A DNA stretch of 64,000 nt from Candidatus Poribacteria bacterium (lineage in GTDB: Bacteria; Poribacteria; WGA-4E; PCPOR2b): the NCBI GenBank assembly GCA_965208325.1, contig OZ242326.1:2976001-3040000 (forward strand), in the 5' to 3' direction. The notes below the pieces were generated by a model. That model saw only the letters and a program-made list of their open reading frames with translations, ran no database searches and was not told where the DNA came from. Within the stretch, counting starts at the first letter, position 1. Each line of letters begins with the position of its first letter. Position numbers and translations under genes: made by a program. Positions 40,790-50,877 of the stretch are shown piece by piece.

Positions 40790-42292
40790 ATGCTCGACAA
40801 GATTCGAAATGCCGCGATTCTACGTCATCCCTCGCCGGGCGCATATTTCGACCTTGCTATCCATATCGGGTTTCTCATCTTCGTCCTTGCACTTCCGTTC
40901 GGCCATTCAACAATCGTACTCTATGCCGGATTAACGCTTGCTCTGCTCGGATGGATAGGGCGAATCTGCCGCGAACGCAAACTCGCTTGGAAACGCACAC
41001 CATTGGACATACCGGTCGCTATTTTTCTCGGGCTCGCGCTAGTTGGTTCGTTCTTTGCGCCAAATCCATCCAGCAGCAGTCTCGGCTATTTCTGGAAACT
41101 GCTTCGTGCGGTATTGCTGTTCTATGCGGTAATTCACAGCCGTCTCGGCGAACGGTGGCGCTATATGGTTGTTGCATTTCTCATCGCCGGCGGGCTGTCT
41201 GCTGTGCTCGGTCTCTGGTTCTATCTCAACGGCACGCATATGGGTGTGGTTCGTCTGTTTAGTGTCGATGCCAGGCTTCAAAGCGGCACCGGCGAGAAGT
41301 TGCCCTCTGTGGACTGGCAGCAGGCGTTTGAAAATAACGGCCGCCGATTGTCACAAAATGCGTCCATTTCTCCCTCAAATAAGGATGCTGGATGGGTAAT
41401 AACGGACGAGGAAACCAGTCGAAAGTATGTTGTCAGGAGAAGCCATGAACAACTTAACGTCTACTATGTTGAGCCTCGCCTCGCCGGGACGTTTAAGATG
41501 CCCAACGATTTGGGCGCCTATTTGGTGATAGCCGTCCCAATCGCAATGGGGTATCTCATCTCGGCTTGGCGTACTCGCCGACAAAAGGACGGAAGGATAT
41601 CTATACACTGGGGTTGGATTGTGTCTCTCGGCTTAATCTTGTGCGTAATGGGAGCGAACTTAGCGCTTACACTTACGCGGGCGGCATGGGTCGCCGTCTT
41701 CTTCGCGGCGGTTTATATGGCAATCTGTTTTAAACGGCGGTTATTGTGGGGACTGCTGATTCTCGCGGTGCTGTCACCCTTTTTCATGCCTCAGGATGTC
41801 AAAGATCGATTCCAGACAGTATGGCAGCGGCCTTCGGGTTTCATGAGCGAACGTCCGCAATGGTGGAAAACCTCGACCCAACTGATTGCGAAGTATCCGA
41901 TAACCGGAATCGGCTTAGGCAGATTCCGCCATGAATACAAATTGCACGGACCGCCGGACATGTACCATGAACCGTACCACGCGCATAACATCTATCTGCA
42001 CATTGCTGTTGAACAAGGAATACCATCGCTGCTCATTTTTGTCTGGATGCTTTTCCTAATCTTTCGCCGACTCTTCGCCTTGCGCAAAAACGGCGGTTTT
42101 TGGCGTTCTGGCTTATACATCGGAAGCAGCGGGTTCCTGATTTCCGCCTTAATCTACGGCCTTGCAGACAATATTCTGCACCAGCGGCCGCTCCTAATGT
42201 TCTGGTTCATTATCGGCATCGTCTTTTACGTGACGTCTCAAAGTATCGAAAACGAAAGTGAAACGCCGTTTACTAAGGCGCGGTTAGCTTGA
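40790..42292 (+). CDS. O-antigen ligase (WaaL/Wzy_C) family protein
   Basis: 'PNDLGAYL', 'LTLTRAAW', 'PITGIGLG.F', 'HAHNIYLHIAVEQGI'. Confidence 0.9.
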   Translation: MLDKIRNAAILRHPSPGAYFDLAIHIGFLIFVLALPFGHSTIVLYAGLTLALLGWIGRICRERKLAWKRTPLDIPVAIFLGLALVGSFFAPNPSSSSLGYFWKLLRAVLLFYAVIHSRLGERWRYMVVAFLIAGGLSAVLGLWFYLNGTHMGVVRLFSVDARLQSGTGEKLPSVDWQQAFENNGRRLSQNASISPSNKDAGWVITDEETSRKYVVRRSHEQLNVYYVEPRLAGTFKMPNDLGAYLVIAVPIAMGYLISAWRTRRQKDGRISIHWGWIVSLGLILCVMGANLALTLTRAAWVAVFFAAVYMAICFKRRLLWGLLILAVLSPFFMPQDVKDRFQTVWQRPSGFMSERPQWWKTSTQLIAKYPITGIGLGRFRHEYKLHGPPDMYHEPYHAHNIYLHIAVEQGIPSLLIFVWMLFLIFRRLFALRKNGGFWRSGLYIGSSGFLISALIYGLADNILHQRPLLMFWFIIGIVFYVTSQSIENESETPFTKARLA

Positions 42293-42375
42293 GACGCATG
42301 GCTGATGAAATTCAACACGGCAATTTCATTTTATCAAAAACGGTTTCAACAACTAATGCAGTTGAAGGAGGTATT

Positions 42376-43506
42376 ATGCGTACCACTGCCCGTTTCAAAC
42401 GTTCGACTGGCATAAGATTTTTCCGCCGTACTTTGAAAATTTTGCCGCAATTTCGCTCACTACCCGAAAAGGCGTCCTACTCCATATTAGTCGCCGCCAT
42501 TAGTATTGCGTTCACAAGTGCGCCGCCGATAGCTGCCCATCCGGGAATGCACAGCGGAGATTCGCGTATCTTGCCGTTAGGCGCCAAACTGAAAAAACTG
42601 TTCGACGGAGGGTTTTTCACAGAAGGCGCCGCTGTTGCGCCGGATGGGGCGGTCTATTTCAGCGACATTACGTTCACCTATCAAACGGATATGCAGGCGG
42701 GGCATATCTGGAAGTATGATCCAAACACCGGCAATACCACCATTTTCCGTTCGCCTAGCGGCATGTCCAACGGGATAAAATTTGATGCCGAAGGTCGTAT
42801 GATTGTAGCCGAAGGTGCTGACTTTGGTGGACGCCGCGTGACTCGCACGGATATGGTGACGGGAAAAAGTACCATCATCGCCGGGCTATACGATGGCCGC
42901 CCGTTCAACTCACCGAACGACATTACAATCGATGAAAAAGGGCGCATTTACTTCAGTGATCCCCGCTACCTCGGACACGAACCGGTCGATCAGCCCGTCA
43001 TGGGCGTTTATCGCATAGATACGGATGGTTCCGTCCACCGCATCATCACGGATGCCGGCAAACCGAATGGCGTCGCAGTTTCGCCCGATCAAAAGACGCT
43101 GTACGTCGTGTGCCACGATAACGGATTGATAGGTTTGGATCGGATTCCCGATGGCGCGCCAGTCCGCAAGGGGCGAATGGCGTTGCTGGCGTATGACCTC
43201 GCTCCGGACGGCACCGCTGCGTTTAGGAAAACGCTGGTTGACTACTATCCGGAATTTGGACCCGACGGATTGGTTGTCGATGTGGACGGAAATCTCTATG
43301 TCGCCGAACGCAGCCATAAACGCCCGGGGATTTCTGTCCGTTCGCCGGAGGGGAAGGAACTCGAATTTATCCGAACCGCGCCCGACCTGCCCACCAACGT
43401 CGCCTTCGGGCGCGGCGCAGCGCGCAAAACTTTATACATTACAGCGGGAAAAAGCCTCTACAAAATTAACCTCATGAAGGAAGGGTATCGCCTACCATCG
43501 AATTAG
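42376..43506 (+). CDS. SMP-30/gluconolactonase/LRE family protein
   Basis: 'FTEG', 'YFSD', 'SNG', 'FNSPND', 'KPNG', 'PDG', 'PTNVAFG'; AAGGAGG RBS. Confidence 0.92.
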   Translation: MRTTARFKRSTGIRFFRRTLKILPQFRSLPEKASYSILVAAISIAFTSAPPIAAHPGMHSGDSRILPLGAKLKKLFDGGFFTEGAAVAPDGAVYFSDITFTYQTDMQAGHIWKYDPNTGNTTIFRSPSGMSNGIKFDAEGRMIVAEGADFGGRRVTRTDMVTGKSTIIAGLYDGRPFNSPNDITIDEKGRIYFSDPRYLGHEPVDQPVMGVYRIDTDGSVHRIITDAGKPNGVAVSPDQKTLYVVCHDNGLIGLDRIPDGAPVRKGRMALLAYDLAPDGTAAFRKTLVDYYPEFGPDGLVVDVDGNLYVAERSHKRPGISVRSPEGKELEFIRTAPDLPTNVAFGRGAARKTLYITAGKSLYKINLMKEGYRLPSN

Positions 43507-43515
43507 GAGAAAAAT

Positions 43516-44595
43516 ATGCCGAAGGAAAACCAAAGGACAGCAACCGTTCTTTCTAAACAGGTAATCTGCAAACAGGCTGGGAAGTATATCGGTTGGCCAA
43601 CAGTCGCCAAGACGCGACAAGGCGAATTGCTTGTAGCCTTTTCCGGCGATCGGGATGCCCACCTCTGTCCGTGGGGAAAGACGTATATGGTTAGAAGCAG
43701 GGATGGCGGATCGACATGGACCGAGCCAGCACTGATTAACAATACGCCGCTTGACGACCGTGATGCAGGCATTCTTCAAACGCAGAAGGGCACGCTGCTG
43801 CTGACATGGTTTTCCTCGACGCTTTTCCAATCCGCCCACAAGTTTCCGCCTCGGTTCAGGCGCCATGTTACCCCCGAAATGCTTACGTGTTGGAAAAGGC
43901 ATCAGGAAAAGATTACCGCCGAGATTATTGAGGAGTGGCGTCATAGCTGGATTCGCCGTTCGGAGGACGGCGGTGCAACTTGGGGTAATCTAATCAAATT
44001 GCCCGGACACGCACCGCATGGGCCAATCGAGCTGTCCGACGGGCGGCTTTTGTATGTTGGAAGCAGAGGACACTGGGTCGCAGAATCCACAGACGACGGG
44101 CGGATATGGCAAAAAATCGGAAGCATCCCCCGCGCCGGCAGTCTCCCCGCGGTTCTTGATGAACCGCATGCCGTGGAAGCCGCGGACGGAAAACTCGTCA
44201 CGCTGTTTCGCTACGAACCGCCGCAAGCCGATCAACGGTTCATGCACCAGTCGGAAAGCACGGACGGCGGAAAAACTTGGTCAACCGCCCATCCCACCAC
44301 TATATGGGCGGACAATCCGCCCCATTTAATCCGCTTGAAAGACAACCGCCTGCTCGTTGTATACGGCAGGCGAACACCGCCCTACGGGCAGCGCGCATGC
44401 GTTAGCCATGACGACGGCGGCGCCGCTTGGGACTCGGAGAACGAAATTATCCTCGGCGAGGCTCCGAATAACGACTTAGGCTATCCCGCCTCAGTTCAAC
44501 TCGACGATGGTTCTATCTTGACAGTCTACTACCAACCCGACAGCCCCGACGAAAAACCGAGTCTCATGGGCACCTATTGGCGCTTAGAATCCTGA
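43516..44595 (+). CDS. BNR/Asp-box sialidase-like glycoside hydrolase
   Basis: Asp boxes SRDGGSTW, SEDGGATW, STDDGRIW, STDGGKTW; 'DLGYP'. Confidence 0.88.
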   Translation: MPKENQRTATVLSKQVICKQAGKYIGWPTVAKTRQGELLVAFSGDRDAHLCPWGKTYMVRSRDGGSTWTEPALINNTPLDDRDAGILQTQKGTLLLTWFSSTLFQSAHKFPPRFRRHVTPEMLTCWKRHQEKITAEIIEEWRHSWIRRSEDGGATWGNLIKLPGHAPHGPIELSDGRLLYVGSRGHWVAESTDDGRIWQKIGSIPRAGSLPAVLDEPHAVEAADGKLVTLFRYEPPQADQRFMHQSESTDGGKTWSTAHPTTIWADNPPHLIRLKDNRLLVVYGRRTPPYGQRACVSHDDGGAAWDSENEIILGEAPNNDLGYPASVQLDDGSILTVYYQPDSPDEKPSLMGTYWRLES

Positions 44596-44957
44596 ATCAT
44601 CGCAGCATTTTGAATTATATCGCTATTCCTTCTGCACCACCCGCCTATGTAGATTTATAGTCATTGCAACTGAAAATTGCAACTATTCGACGGTTGGCAA
44701 AGGTGTCCCAATGAGCGGGATTGTGTCCCAATGGGCACTCCCCTTCATACGCCAAATTTCAGTTGATTTGCGCATCTGAAGAATGCTTGAAAACCCGCTC
44801 AAACACTCGCTCCGCGGCATGTCCGGCACCCTGCGAAATGGGACGGTTTCGATATGCCGAAAAGTGTCCTTTTGTGCCCTTTTGTGCCCTAAAATCGAGG
44901 TTTCAATTTTCGGACACTTGTCACGGTTCAGGTTGCCTCTCCGATTTACGCTCATAC

Positions 44958-45046
44958 AAAAAAAGCGAAGGTGCACCTCTTACAGCGCCCCTCGCCTCGC
45001 CGTTAAAATTATTTTAATATTCTAAATATCAAGCAGACCGGAATCT
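44958..45046 (-). ncRNA. Candidate ~90-nt small RNA or attenuated leader
   Basis: Minus-strand TTGACA-18 bp-TATAAT (45082-45053); GC-rich hairpin (44995-44965) followed by U7. Confidence 0.45.
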
Positions 45047-45155
45047 TGTAAGATTATACGGAACGGTTATTTTGATTGTCAAGGAAAAATACGGGCAACT
45101 GTCTGAACTGTGATTTGTGTGATTGAATGATGGGCTGTGATTAAGGGCGAATGTG

Positions 45156-45410
45156 TCGCGATTCGGAAATCGCTCCTACAGGCGGTAGATTCCGGTAGGA
45201 GGGAATTCCGATTCCCGACGGTCTGTCAACAACCCCCTCTAACTCCCCCTTGGTAAGGGGGAGGATTAAAATAACAAACAGCTTTTGTAGGGTGGGTAGA
45301 GATCAACTGAGCGAAAAGCGAAGGCGAATGTCTTATGCGAACCGTCAACAGGATCGAAACGGTTTTGGTATTACCCGCTCTACCCAACCTACAAAGACTC
45401 GGTTTCTCGC
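45156..45410. repeat. Composite cluster of several REP-like families
   Basis: TCGCGATTCGGAAATCGCTCCTAC; GTAGGAGGGAATTCCGATTCCCGA; CCCCCTCTAACTCCCCCTTGGTAAGGGGGAG; CGCTCTACCCAACCTAC. Confidence 0.8.
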
Positions 45411-45425
45411 TCCGAAAGTTCGGTG

Positions 45426-47621
45426 CTACCTGACAACCACCATCCGTCTTAGAGCGGTATACTCACCCGTGTCGAGCTGAAAATAATAAGTACCGCTTGT
45501 CACAGGTTCTCCGGTCTGATTGAAGCCATCCCAATACGCGGCACTAGCTTTGTCTCGATAGACTCCCGATACTTGATGCCCAATGTCGAGGGTGCGGACG
45601 ATATGACCGCTCTGGTCGTAGATGCTTAAAGTGACGTAAGTATCGTTCGCTAACTGGTATGGTATCCAGGTCTCTGGGTTAAACGGATTCGGAAAATTCT
45701 GCAGCAGCGCCGTGCGTTTGATGTCTCCCAGCGTTGTTAAGCGTCTTTCTAACGTTTTCACGGCTAGTTTGGTAGGACAAGCGAAATCCCACAGCAACAC
45801 GGTGCCGTCCCGACTTCCGCTTGCGATGGTGCTGCAATCGGTACTGAACGCAACACTCCGGACCTCATCCGTGTGTCCGTTAAGCGTACGCAAGAGTTCT
45901 CCAGTGTGCGCATCCCACAACCGTACGGTAGTGTCGTGCCCCCCACTTGCGATGGTGCTGCCGTCAGGACTGAAGGCAACGCTATAGACCCCGAATGCAT
46001 GCCCGTTGAGCGTTCGCCGGCGTTTACCGGTATCGACGTTCCACAATCGGACGGTGCTGTCCCAACTGCCGCTGGCGAGTGTATGTCCATCGGGACTGAA
46101 CGCAACGCTATTGACCTGATTTTTGTGTCCCTCGAGCGTAAGCAGGTGTTTACCACCCGGCTTCCACAGCCAGATGGTTTTGTCCCAACTACCGCTTGCC
46201 AGTGTACGTCCATCAGGACTGAATGCAACGCTATAGACCCAATGCCTATGTCCGATAAGCGTGCGCAGGTGTTTTCCCCACCGGGTGTTCCACAGGTGAA
46301 TTGTATCGTCTGCACTCCCACTAGCAATTGTGTCCCCATCGGGACTGTATGCGACACTCCAGACCCATCCTCCATGTTCAACAAGCGTTCGCAAGTGTTT
46401 TCCGGTATTGGCGTCCCACAAACGGATGGTATTGTCCCCACTCCCGCTAGCAATTGTGTCCCCATCGGGACTGAACGTAACACTCCACACCGAACCCGTA
46501 TGTCCTGTGAGTGTCTGTTGGCGTCTTCCAGTATTGGCGTCCCACAGATGGATTGTATAGTCCAAACTCCCACTTGCGAGTGTTAGTCCATCGGGGCTGA
46601 ACCCAACGCTATAGACCTCGCGCTTATAGCCTGTGAGCGTGCGCAGGTGTTTTCCGGTATTGGCATCCCACAGACGGATGGTTTCATCCCAACTCCCACT
46701 TGCGAGTGTTAGTCCATCGGGACTGAACGCAATGCTATTGACCCCAGACGAATGTCCATTGAGCGTTTGCAGGTGCTCTACGGTATTGGCATCCCACAGA
46801 CGGATGGTATCGTCCCCGCTCCCACTTGCAAGCGTACGTCCATTGGGACTGAATGCAACGCTTCGGACTGTACCCGTGTGCCCCGTGCGCCGACGCATGG
46901 GACTTCCCGTGTTAGGGTCCCACAAGCGCATGGTTTTATCCCAACTCCCGCTTGCGAGTATTTGTCCATCGGGACTGAATGCAACGCTCCAGACTGCATT
47001 GTTATGCCCTTTTAGGGTTCGCTTTTGTTTTCCCGTATTGGCATCCCACAGACGGATGGTATCGTCCTCACTCCCGCTTGCGAGTGTTTGTCCATCGGGA
47101 CTGAATGCAACGCAATTGACCCCAGATCTATGCCCCTTGAACGTACGTACCTGTTCTCCCGTATCGGCGTCCCACAACCGGATGGTAGGGTCATCGCCCC
47201 CACTAACGATTGTGCGTCCGTCCGGACTGAACACAACGCTATAGACCCAACCCGTATGCCTGCTAAGCGTTCGCAAGTGTTCGCCCGATTCGGCATCCCA
47301 CAGACGGACGGTACGGTCCCAACTCCCGCTAGCGATTGTGCGTCCGTCCGGACTGAACGCAACGCTCCAGACCCTTCCCGTATGTCCGGTGAGCAGTGCG
47401 GCCTCTTGATGGGTCGCTGTATCGTAAAGCCAGATACCGATACCGCTAGCCACCGCAAGTCGCGTGCCGTCGGGCGAATACTGTATTTCGTTTAACACAC
47501 CTTTACCCAAGCGCGCTTTAGCGCCTTCGGGCAACCCCCATTGCGGAGAATCTTGGGCGTCACTGTGCGGTACACACATGGCAGAAACAAAAAAGAAAAA
47601 TAGGCTAAGCTTGAAAATCAT
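45426..47621 (-). CDS. Secreted WD40-repeat protein with C-terminal FlgD/T9SS-type-A-like domain (paralogue 1)
   Basis: Signal peptide; repeats 'GHT..V.SVAFSPDG.TLASGS.D.TIRLWD'; 'LLQNFPNPFNPETWIPYQL..YWDG.N..GE'; start uncertain. Confidence 0.92.
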   Translation of the reverse strand: MIFKLSLFFFFVSAMCVPHSDAQDSPQWGLPEGAKARLGKGVLNEIQYSPDGTRLAVASGIGIWLYDTATHQEAALLTGHTGRVWSVAFSPDGRTIASGSWDRTVRLWDAESGEHLRTLSRHTGWVYSVVFSPDGRTIVSGGDDPTIRLWDADTGEQVRTFKGHRSGVNCVAFSPDGQTLASGSEDDTIRLWDANTGKQKRTLKGHNNAVWSVAFSPDGQILASGSWDKTMRLWDPNTGSPMRRRTGHTGTVRSVAFSPNGRTLASGSGDDTIRLWDANTVEHLQTLNGHSSGVNSIAFSPDGLTLASGSWDETIRLWDANTGKHLRTLTGYKREVYSVGFSPDGLTLASGSLDYTIHLWDANTGRRQQTLTGHTGSVWSVTFSPDGDTIASGSGDNTIRLWDANTGKHLRTLVEHGGWVWSVAYSPDGDTIASGSADDTIHLWNTRWGKHLRTLIGHRHWVYSVAFSPDGRTLASGSWDKTIWLWKPGGKHLLTLEGHKNQVNSVAFSPDGHTLASGSWDSTVRLWNVDTGKRRRTLNGHAFGVYSVAFSPDGSTIASGGHDTTVRLWDAHTGELLRTLNGHTDEVRSVAFSTDCSTIASGSRDGTVLLWDFACPTKLAVKTLERRLTTLGDIKRTALLQNFPNPFNPETWIPYQLANDTYVTLSIYDQSGHIVRTLDIGHQVSGVYRDKASAAYWDGFNQTGEPVTSGTYYFQLDTGEYTALRRMVVVR

Positions 47622-47859
47622 TGCTTTCTTAATGGGAATAATCATCCGAATCTGAGTTTGGGGATTTATGCCGCTTGAACAAAATGAGGGTTGGGCGTAA
47701 ATTTTCACACCCAACCCGAAATGAAGGTTTACCCTTGTTTAATCGCCTGATGACAATTCCTAAACAACAACCCACCAAATAATCTAACATGACGAGCTGA
47801 TGTAATCGGAAAAACCGTCACGTCATCAGCGCTGATTGTCTTCTAGATTATTACTATGG

Positions 47860-48213
47860 CTAAAAATTTGCCGAATCACGTTTAACATGGAATCGGTCCT
47901 CGAAATCGGTGCCGTGGATAGTTGCAACCGAAAAACCGTCACCTTCCTCGCAATCGGCTTGAGTTGCGGAAACGGAATCAGAGATAAGTTCCCCATCGGC
48001 GAAGGTGCCGCTGTCGTTGTTCTCATCATCACCAACACTAGCGAACACGTCGTAACCGCCATCAATAAGACCGTAACTATTCGCTGATGCCGTTGCACTG
48101 CAACTTGACAATTTCGCAGTACAGTAAGCATTATATGCATATACGCTGACACAAACAACAAGAATTACCAACACAAAGACACTACTCAAAGTAACCAACG
48201 TTTTTAACTTCAT
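47860..48213 (-). CDS. Small secreted Cys-containing protein
   Basis: AAGGAG RBS; 'MKLKTLVTL...' signal peptide; acidic mature part. Confidence 0.65.
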   Translation of the reverse strand: MKLKTLVTLSSVFVLVILVVCVSVYAYNAYCTAKLSSCSATASANSYGLIDGGYDVFASVGDDENNDSGTFADGELISDSVSATQADCEEGDGFSVATIHGTDFEDRFHVKRDSANF

Positions 48214-48226
48214 GATATTCTCCTTT

Positions 48227-48992
48227 TTAATAGTCATCAAGAATAGATGCAGGGTCATGCCCTGCGTCATCGAAATCGACAAATTTTATACCGGGAAACT
48301 TTGTCCGATACGCACCCGATATAATTTCTTCTTCAGCGAACAGTTTCTCATCGCTATTGACTAATGAATTCACTGTGCTTGCAGTACCGAGTCTGCGACT
48401 GACATACGGCACCTCAATTGGCGCTCCATCAGGTCCTTCACGAACATAACTACCCCACCTGACATACACCACGTCCGGATAGATTGGGTAAATCTTGCCG
48501 CTACGTGAATCGGAGACGCCATTTACAAAACCGCGGTCTCCCCGATTCCACAATTCAATCATGACACGGTAAAGTGTCACATGTTCGGTATAATCACGTT
48601 CGTGAAAATTGTCTTTGAGCCAAATCGGAGTGAAGGGAAAACCTGCCGGCACTTCAGGGAAATCGTTCTCTTCCTCCTGTTCAAGCGATTCAGCAAGAGC
48701 CGTTAACTCTTCATCGCTAAGAGAATTTAGCAGAGTTTCCAACTCTTCCTCTTCATCATCGTAGTTTTGCTCCGTCTCTGGCGTTGAGTCAACATCAATA
48801 ACTGATTGTGACTCAAACACCGATGGAGCATATTGAGAAACAGAAGTGCGGCCTGTCCGACAGCAGGTGTTCTGGAACAAGTTCCACATCGGGGCCATGG
48901 AGCCAGCGGCTTCCGAAATAGCTGCCCGCAATCAATAGTGCGGAAATCAAGACTGATCCGCATAGCAACAGTTTCTGTCTAATCGTAAACAT
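48227..48992 (-). pseudogene. Frameshifted membrane-anchored hypothetical protein
   Basis: N-terminal anchor 'MFTIRQKLLLCG..' (frame of ORF 48813-49070) continues in the frame of ORF 48227-48931 after a shift near 48845-48860. Confidence 0.6.
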
Positions 48993-49096
48993 CAATATCA
49001 CCTTCCTCACTCTGTCAATCCTTGGTTGAGAGAAACTTTTGCGACCACTGCGGACCGTTCCGCAGTTCAAAGTGTTGCTTAATGGCTACCTTATGG

Positions 49097-49112
49097 GCAA
49101 AATGTATGCCAA
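49097..49112 (-). promoter_or_regulatory. Sigma-54 -24/-12 promoter
   Basis: Minus strand TTGGCATACATTTTGC matches TGGCAY-N5-TTGC. Confidence 0.75.
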
Positions 49113-49434
49113 GACGAATAATTCCCTGCAATTTGCCTCCGTTTTGGACTCGGAAACCCGGATGTATCAAGGGATTCGGGCAGTTAAATTTTTTTTCGGT
49201 CGAGAGTAACAGCGATTGGATTGGGTAGGCAAAGGGGCGCAACTTATGTTGACACAATTCGGGAAAATTAGAGTAAAATGGTGAACGAAGCCTTGTCAGG
49301 CAAGGGTTTTGCGGGATGCGCAACAAAAGTGGACAATAGCAACAAATGTCGCACCCCTTTGAATGCATGGTTGTCGGTGTAAAGAGAGGGTTGATACTGA
49401 TTAGAGCGCGGGGTGGGGAAAAGCAAACCTCGTA

Positions 49435-50868
49435 TTACGCATCGTCCGATGATGTTTTGGAACGGTTCAGACGCTTGTTCAGCGCCTGCCTCGTCATGCC
49501 CAATAGTTGAGCGGCAGTGGTCTGGTTTCCGTTGGCTCGTTTGAGGGCTTCAGCAATCACAAACCGTTCAAATTCTTTCAATGGCGGCAATATACGCAAC
49601 GCGGCTAACCCCTCCTCAATTACAGCCTCAACTGTTTCATTGACTCGGTTAGGTACGCGATTCATTTCGCCTATTTTTGTCTGGAACGACTTAATGGAAA
49701 GAACGCCGCCCTTGTATTGACTTGCCGCATCTAGTAGGAATCCTTCTAGCTCTCTGACATTTCCGGGAAAATCGAAAGCTTCAAGGTGTGTTAGGAGTTC
49801 CGGTGCAAGGATACGCACGTCCTCGCCTAGCGTCTCGGACGCGTGCGCTAGGAAGTGTTCGACCAATAGCGGGATATCGCCAGCTCTGTCACGAAGCGGC
49901 GGCAGGTGAATATGATGAGTTTGCAAGCGGAAGTAGAGGTCGTTGCGAAAAGTTTCGGACACTCTCAGGAATTGTATATCTCGATTCGTCGCAACAACTA
50001 TTCTTGCGTTATTTGTTCGCGGGAAATCGTCGCCAAGCGGGTAGTAAGTTCTTTCCTGCAGAAGACGCAGCAGTTTGACCTGCGACTCCAGGTGCAGGTC
50101 TCCGATTTCATCAAGGAAGAGGGTACCGTTTGACGCTTGTTCAATCAATCCCTTGCGAGGCTTATCCGCCCCGGTGTACGCCCCTTTTTTGTGGCCGAAA
50201 AGCGTGTCCGAAAATAGGTGGTCGTCGAGGCCAGCGATATTGACTGAAACGAATTCACCCTCTCGTCCGCTCAACTTGTGGATTGCCGCTGCAATCAGCT
50301 CCTTGCCAACACCGGTTTCGCCCGTAATCAACACTGGCAGGTCGGTTTGGGCGATTGCCTCGGTATATTGAAAAATGGCGTGCATGCCGCTGTCTTGCGT
50401 AATGATGTCAGAGAACGCTTCAGGTTGTTTCAGCGCGTCAGAGAACACACGCTCCTTTAGCAGACGAGTTTGGCGCCGCAGCTCGCTCATTTCTAGTCCG
50501 CGCCGAATCGTCGCCGCGAACTCCGTGACATCCACCGGTTTCACGAGATAATCGTATGCCCCGGTCTTCAGACATTCCACAGCGGTGCCCACGTCTTTTA
50601 CCCCTGTGACAACCGTTACGGGGACGTCTGGAAAGTCGGCAAGAATCAACGGAAGCAGGTCTTTCCCTGATAAATGAGGCATCATCAAATCCAGCACGGC
50701 AATCGAAAAGTCTCTTTTCGACAGCGTAGACATAACTTCGCGGCTGTCACCGCATTGGGCGACATGATTGATGCCCTCTGACCTAAGCGCACGGCTCGTA
50801 CTGGCAAGAAAAAGTTCTTCGTCGTCAACGAGTAATATTGGACGGGTAGGAAACTGGCCTGTATTCAT
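49435..50868 (-). CDS. Sigma-54-dependent response regulator (NtrC/AtoC family)
   Basis: REC domain; 'GETGVGKE', 'GAYTGA', 'FLDEIG', 'FPGNVREL'; Fis-type HTH. Confidence 0.95.
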   Translation of the reverse strand: MNTGQFPTRPILLVDDEELFLASTSRALRSEGINHVAQCGDSREVMSTLSKRDFSIAVLDLMMPHLSGKDLLPLILADFPDVPVTVVTGVKDVGTAVECLKTGAYDYLVKPVDVTEFAATIRRGLEMSELRRQTRLLKERVFSDALKQPEAFSDIITQDSGMHAIFQYTEAIAQTDLPVLITGETGVGKELIAAAIHKLSGREGEFVSVNIAGLDDHLFSDTLFGHKKGAYTGADKPRKGLIEQASNGTLFLDEIGDLHLESQVKLLRLLQERTYYPLGDDFPRTNNARIVVATNRDIQFLRVSETFRNDLYFRLQTHHIHLPPLRDRAGDIPLLVEHFLAHASETLGEDVRILAPELLTHLEAFDFPGNVRELEGFLLDAASQYKGGVLSIKSFQTKIGEMNRVPNRVNETVEAVIEEGLAALRILPPLKEFERFVIAEALKRANGNQTTAAQLLGMTRQALNKRLNRSKTSSDDA

Positions 50869-50877
50869 TGATTACGC

